A stretch of DNA of 64,000 bases from Phoronis australis (Eukaryota; Animalia; Phoronida): NCBI GenBank assembly GCA_002633005.1, contig NMRA01000353.1:9625-73624 (forward strand). The letters are read 5' to 3'. Below, piece after piece: positions 63,549 through 64,000 of this stretch. The translations under genes and the position numbers were made by a program. Position 1 is the stretch's first letter; every line of letters starts with the position of its first letter. Under the pieces are notes generated by a model. The model had not been told where the DNA came from. It saw only the letters and a program-made list of their open reading frames with translations, and made no database searches.

Positions 63549-64000
63549 TGTGAAGTGATGTTTACTTACACAGGCTAACCAAAGCTGCTTTTGCATTAGA
63601 GTTCAATGAGTTTTATTTTACTGTTCTAGAAGTTTCCAGAATGTTTGTGGTTAATATAGAATGACAGTCTGGAATATTCTTAAGTCTAGTAAATGATTGT
63701 ATAACAATTGGGTAGATTCTGGAAAGTTCTAGAATCTGCTTGAAATATTGAAAAGTCCGAAAACATTGTAAGCGACTATAAATAACGAGGCACGGGTTTT
63801 GTGGCAGTTTGTTGAAAGTCAGTAAAAGTCAGTTGCGTTGAGTTAAAGTTACAGTTGAGTAACAGTTATAGAATCAGCTGTTACAGCGTTAATCAATAGA
63901 GTCGGCTTTAAAGAGAGCAGTAACAAGTATAACTGTTACAGTTGCTTGAAGTGTCTCAGAAGTTCATCACAAGTCAAGGCTTGGCATCACTGGCTAGAGT
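63549..64000 (+). mobile_element. Possible LTR running off the window end
   Basis: Starts TGTGAAG; ttctagaa repeats; tataaata (~63777) followed by agtc/agtt-rich sequence. Confidence 0.4.

Overview
Eukaryotic, AT-rich DNA that looks like a marine invertebrate genome (inference from the repeat families, not verified). It is almost entirely a nest of transposable elements. A degenerate satellite of roughly 140-150 bp monomers, inside a Helentron/HINE (pearl-like) shell, hosts four insertions: a MITE, a non-autonomous Kolobok, an apparently intact pogo DD35D transposon with a C-terminal PHD finger, and a full-length RTE LINE whose 5' end is an HDV-like ribozyme. Further along are Penelope relics, a TTAA-flanked DNA transposon, Academ and Ginger relics, an SGNH hydrolase fragment, several MITEs and SINEs, a Kolobok carrying THAP-transposase remnants plus a KolX/P2X7-ballast-like gene, a solo LTR, and a Gypsy element duplicated across an assembly N. 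The only clear host-gene piece is a phase 1-1 Ig V-set exon on the minus strand lacking the canonical Cys/Trp. All family calls come from motif recognition by eye; no database searches were run.
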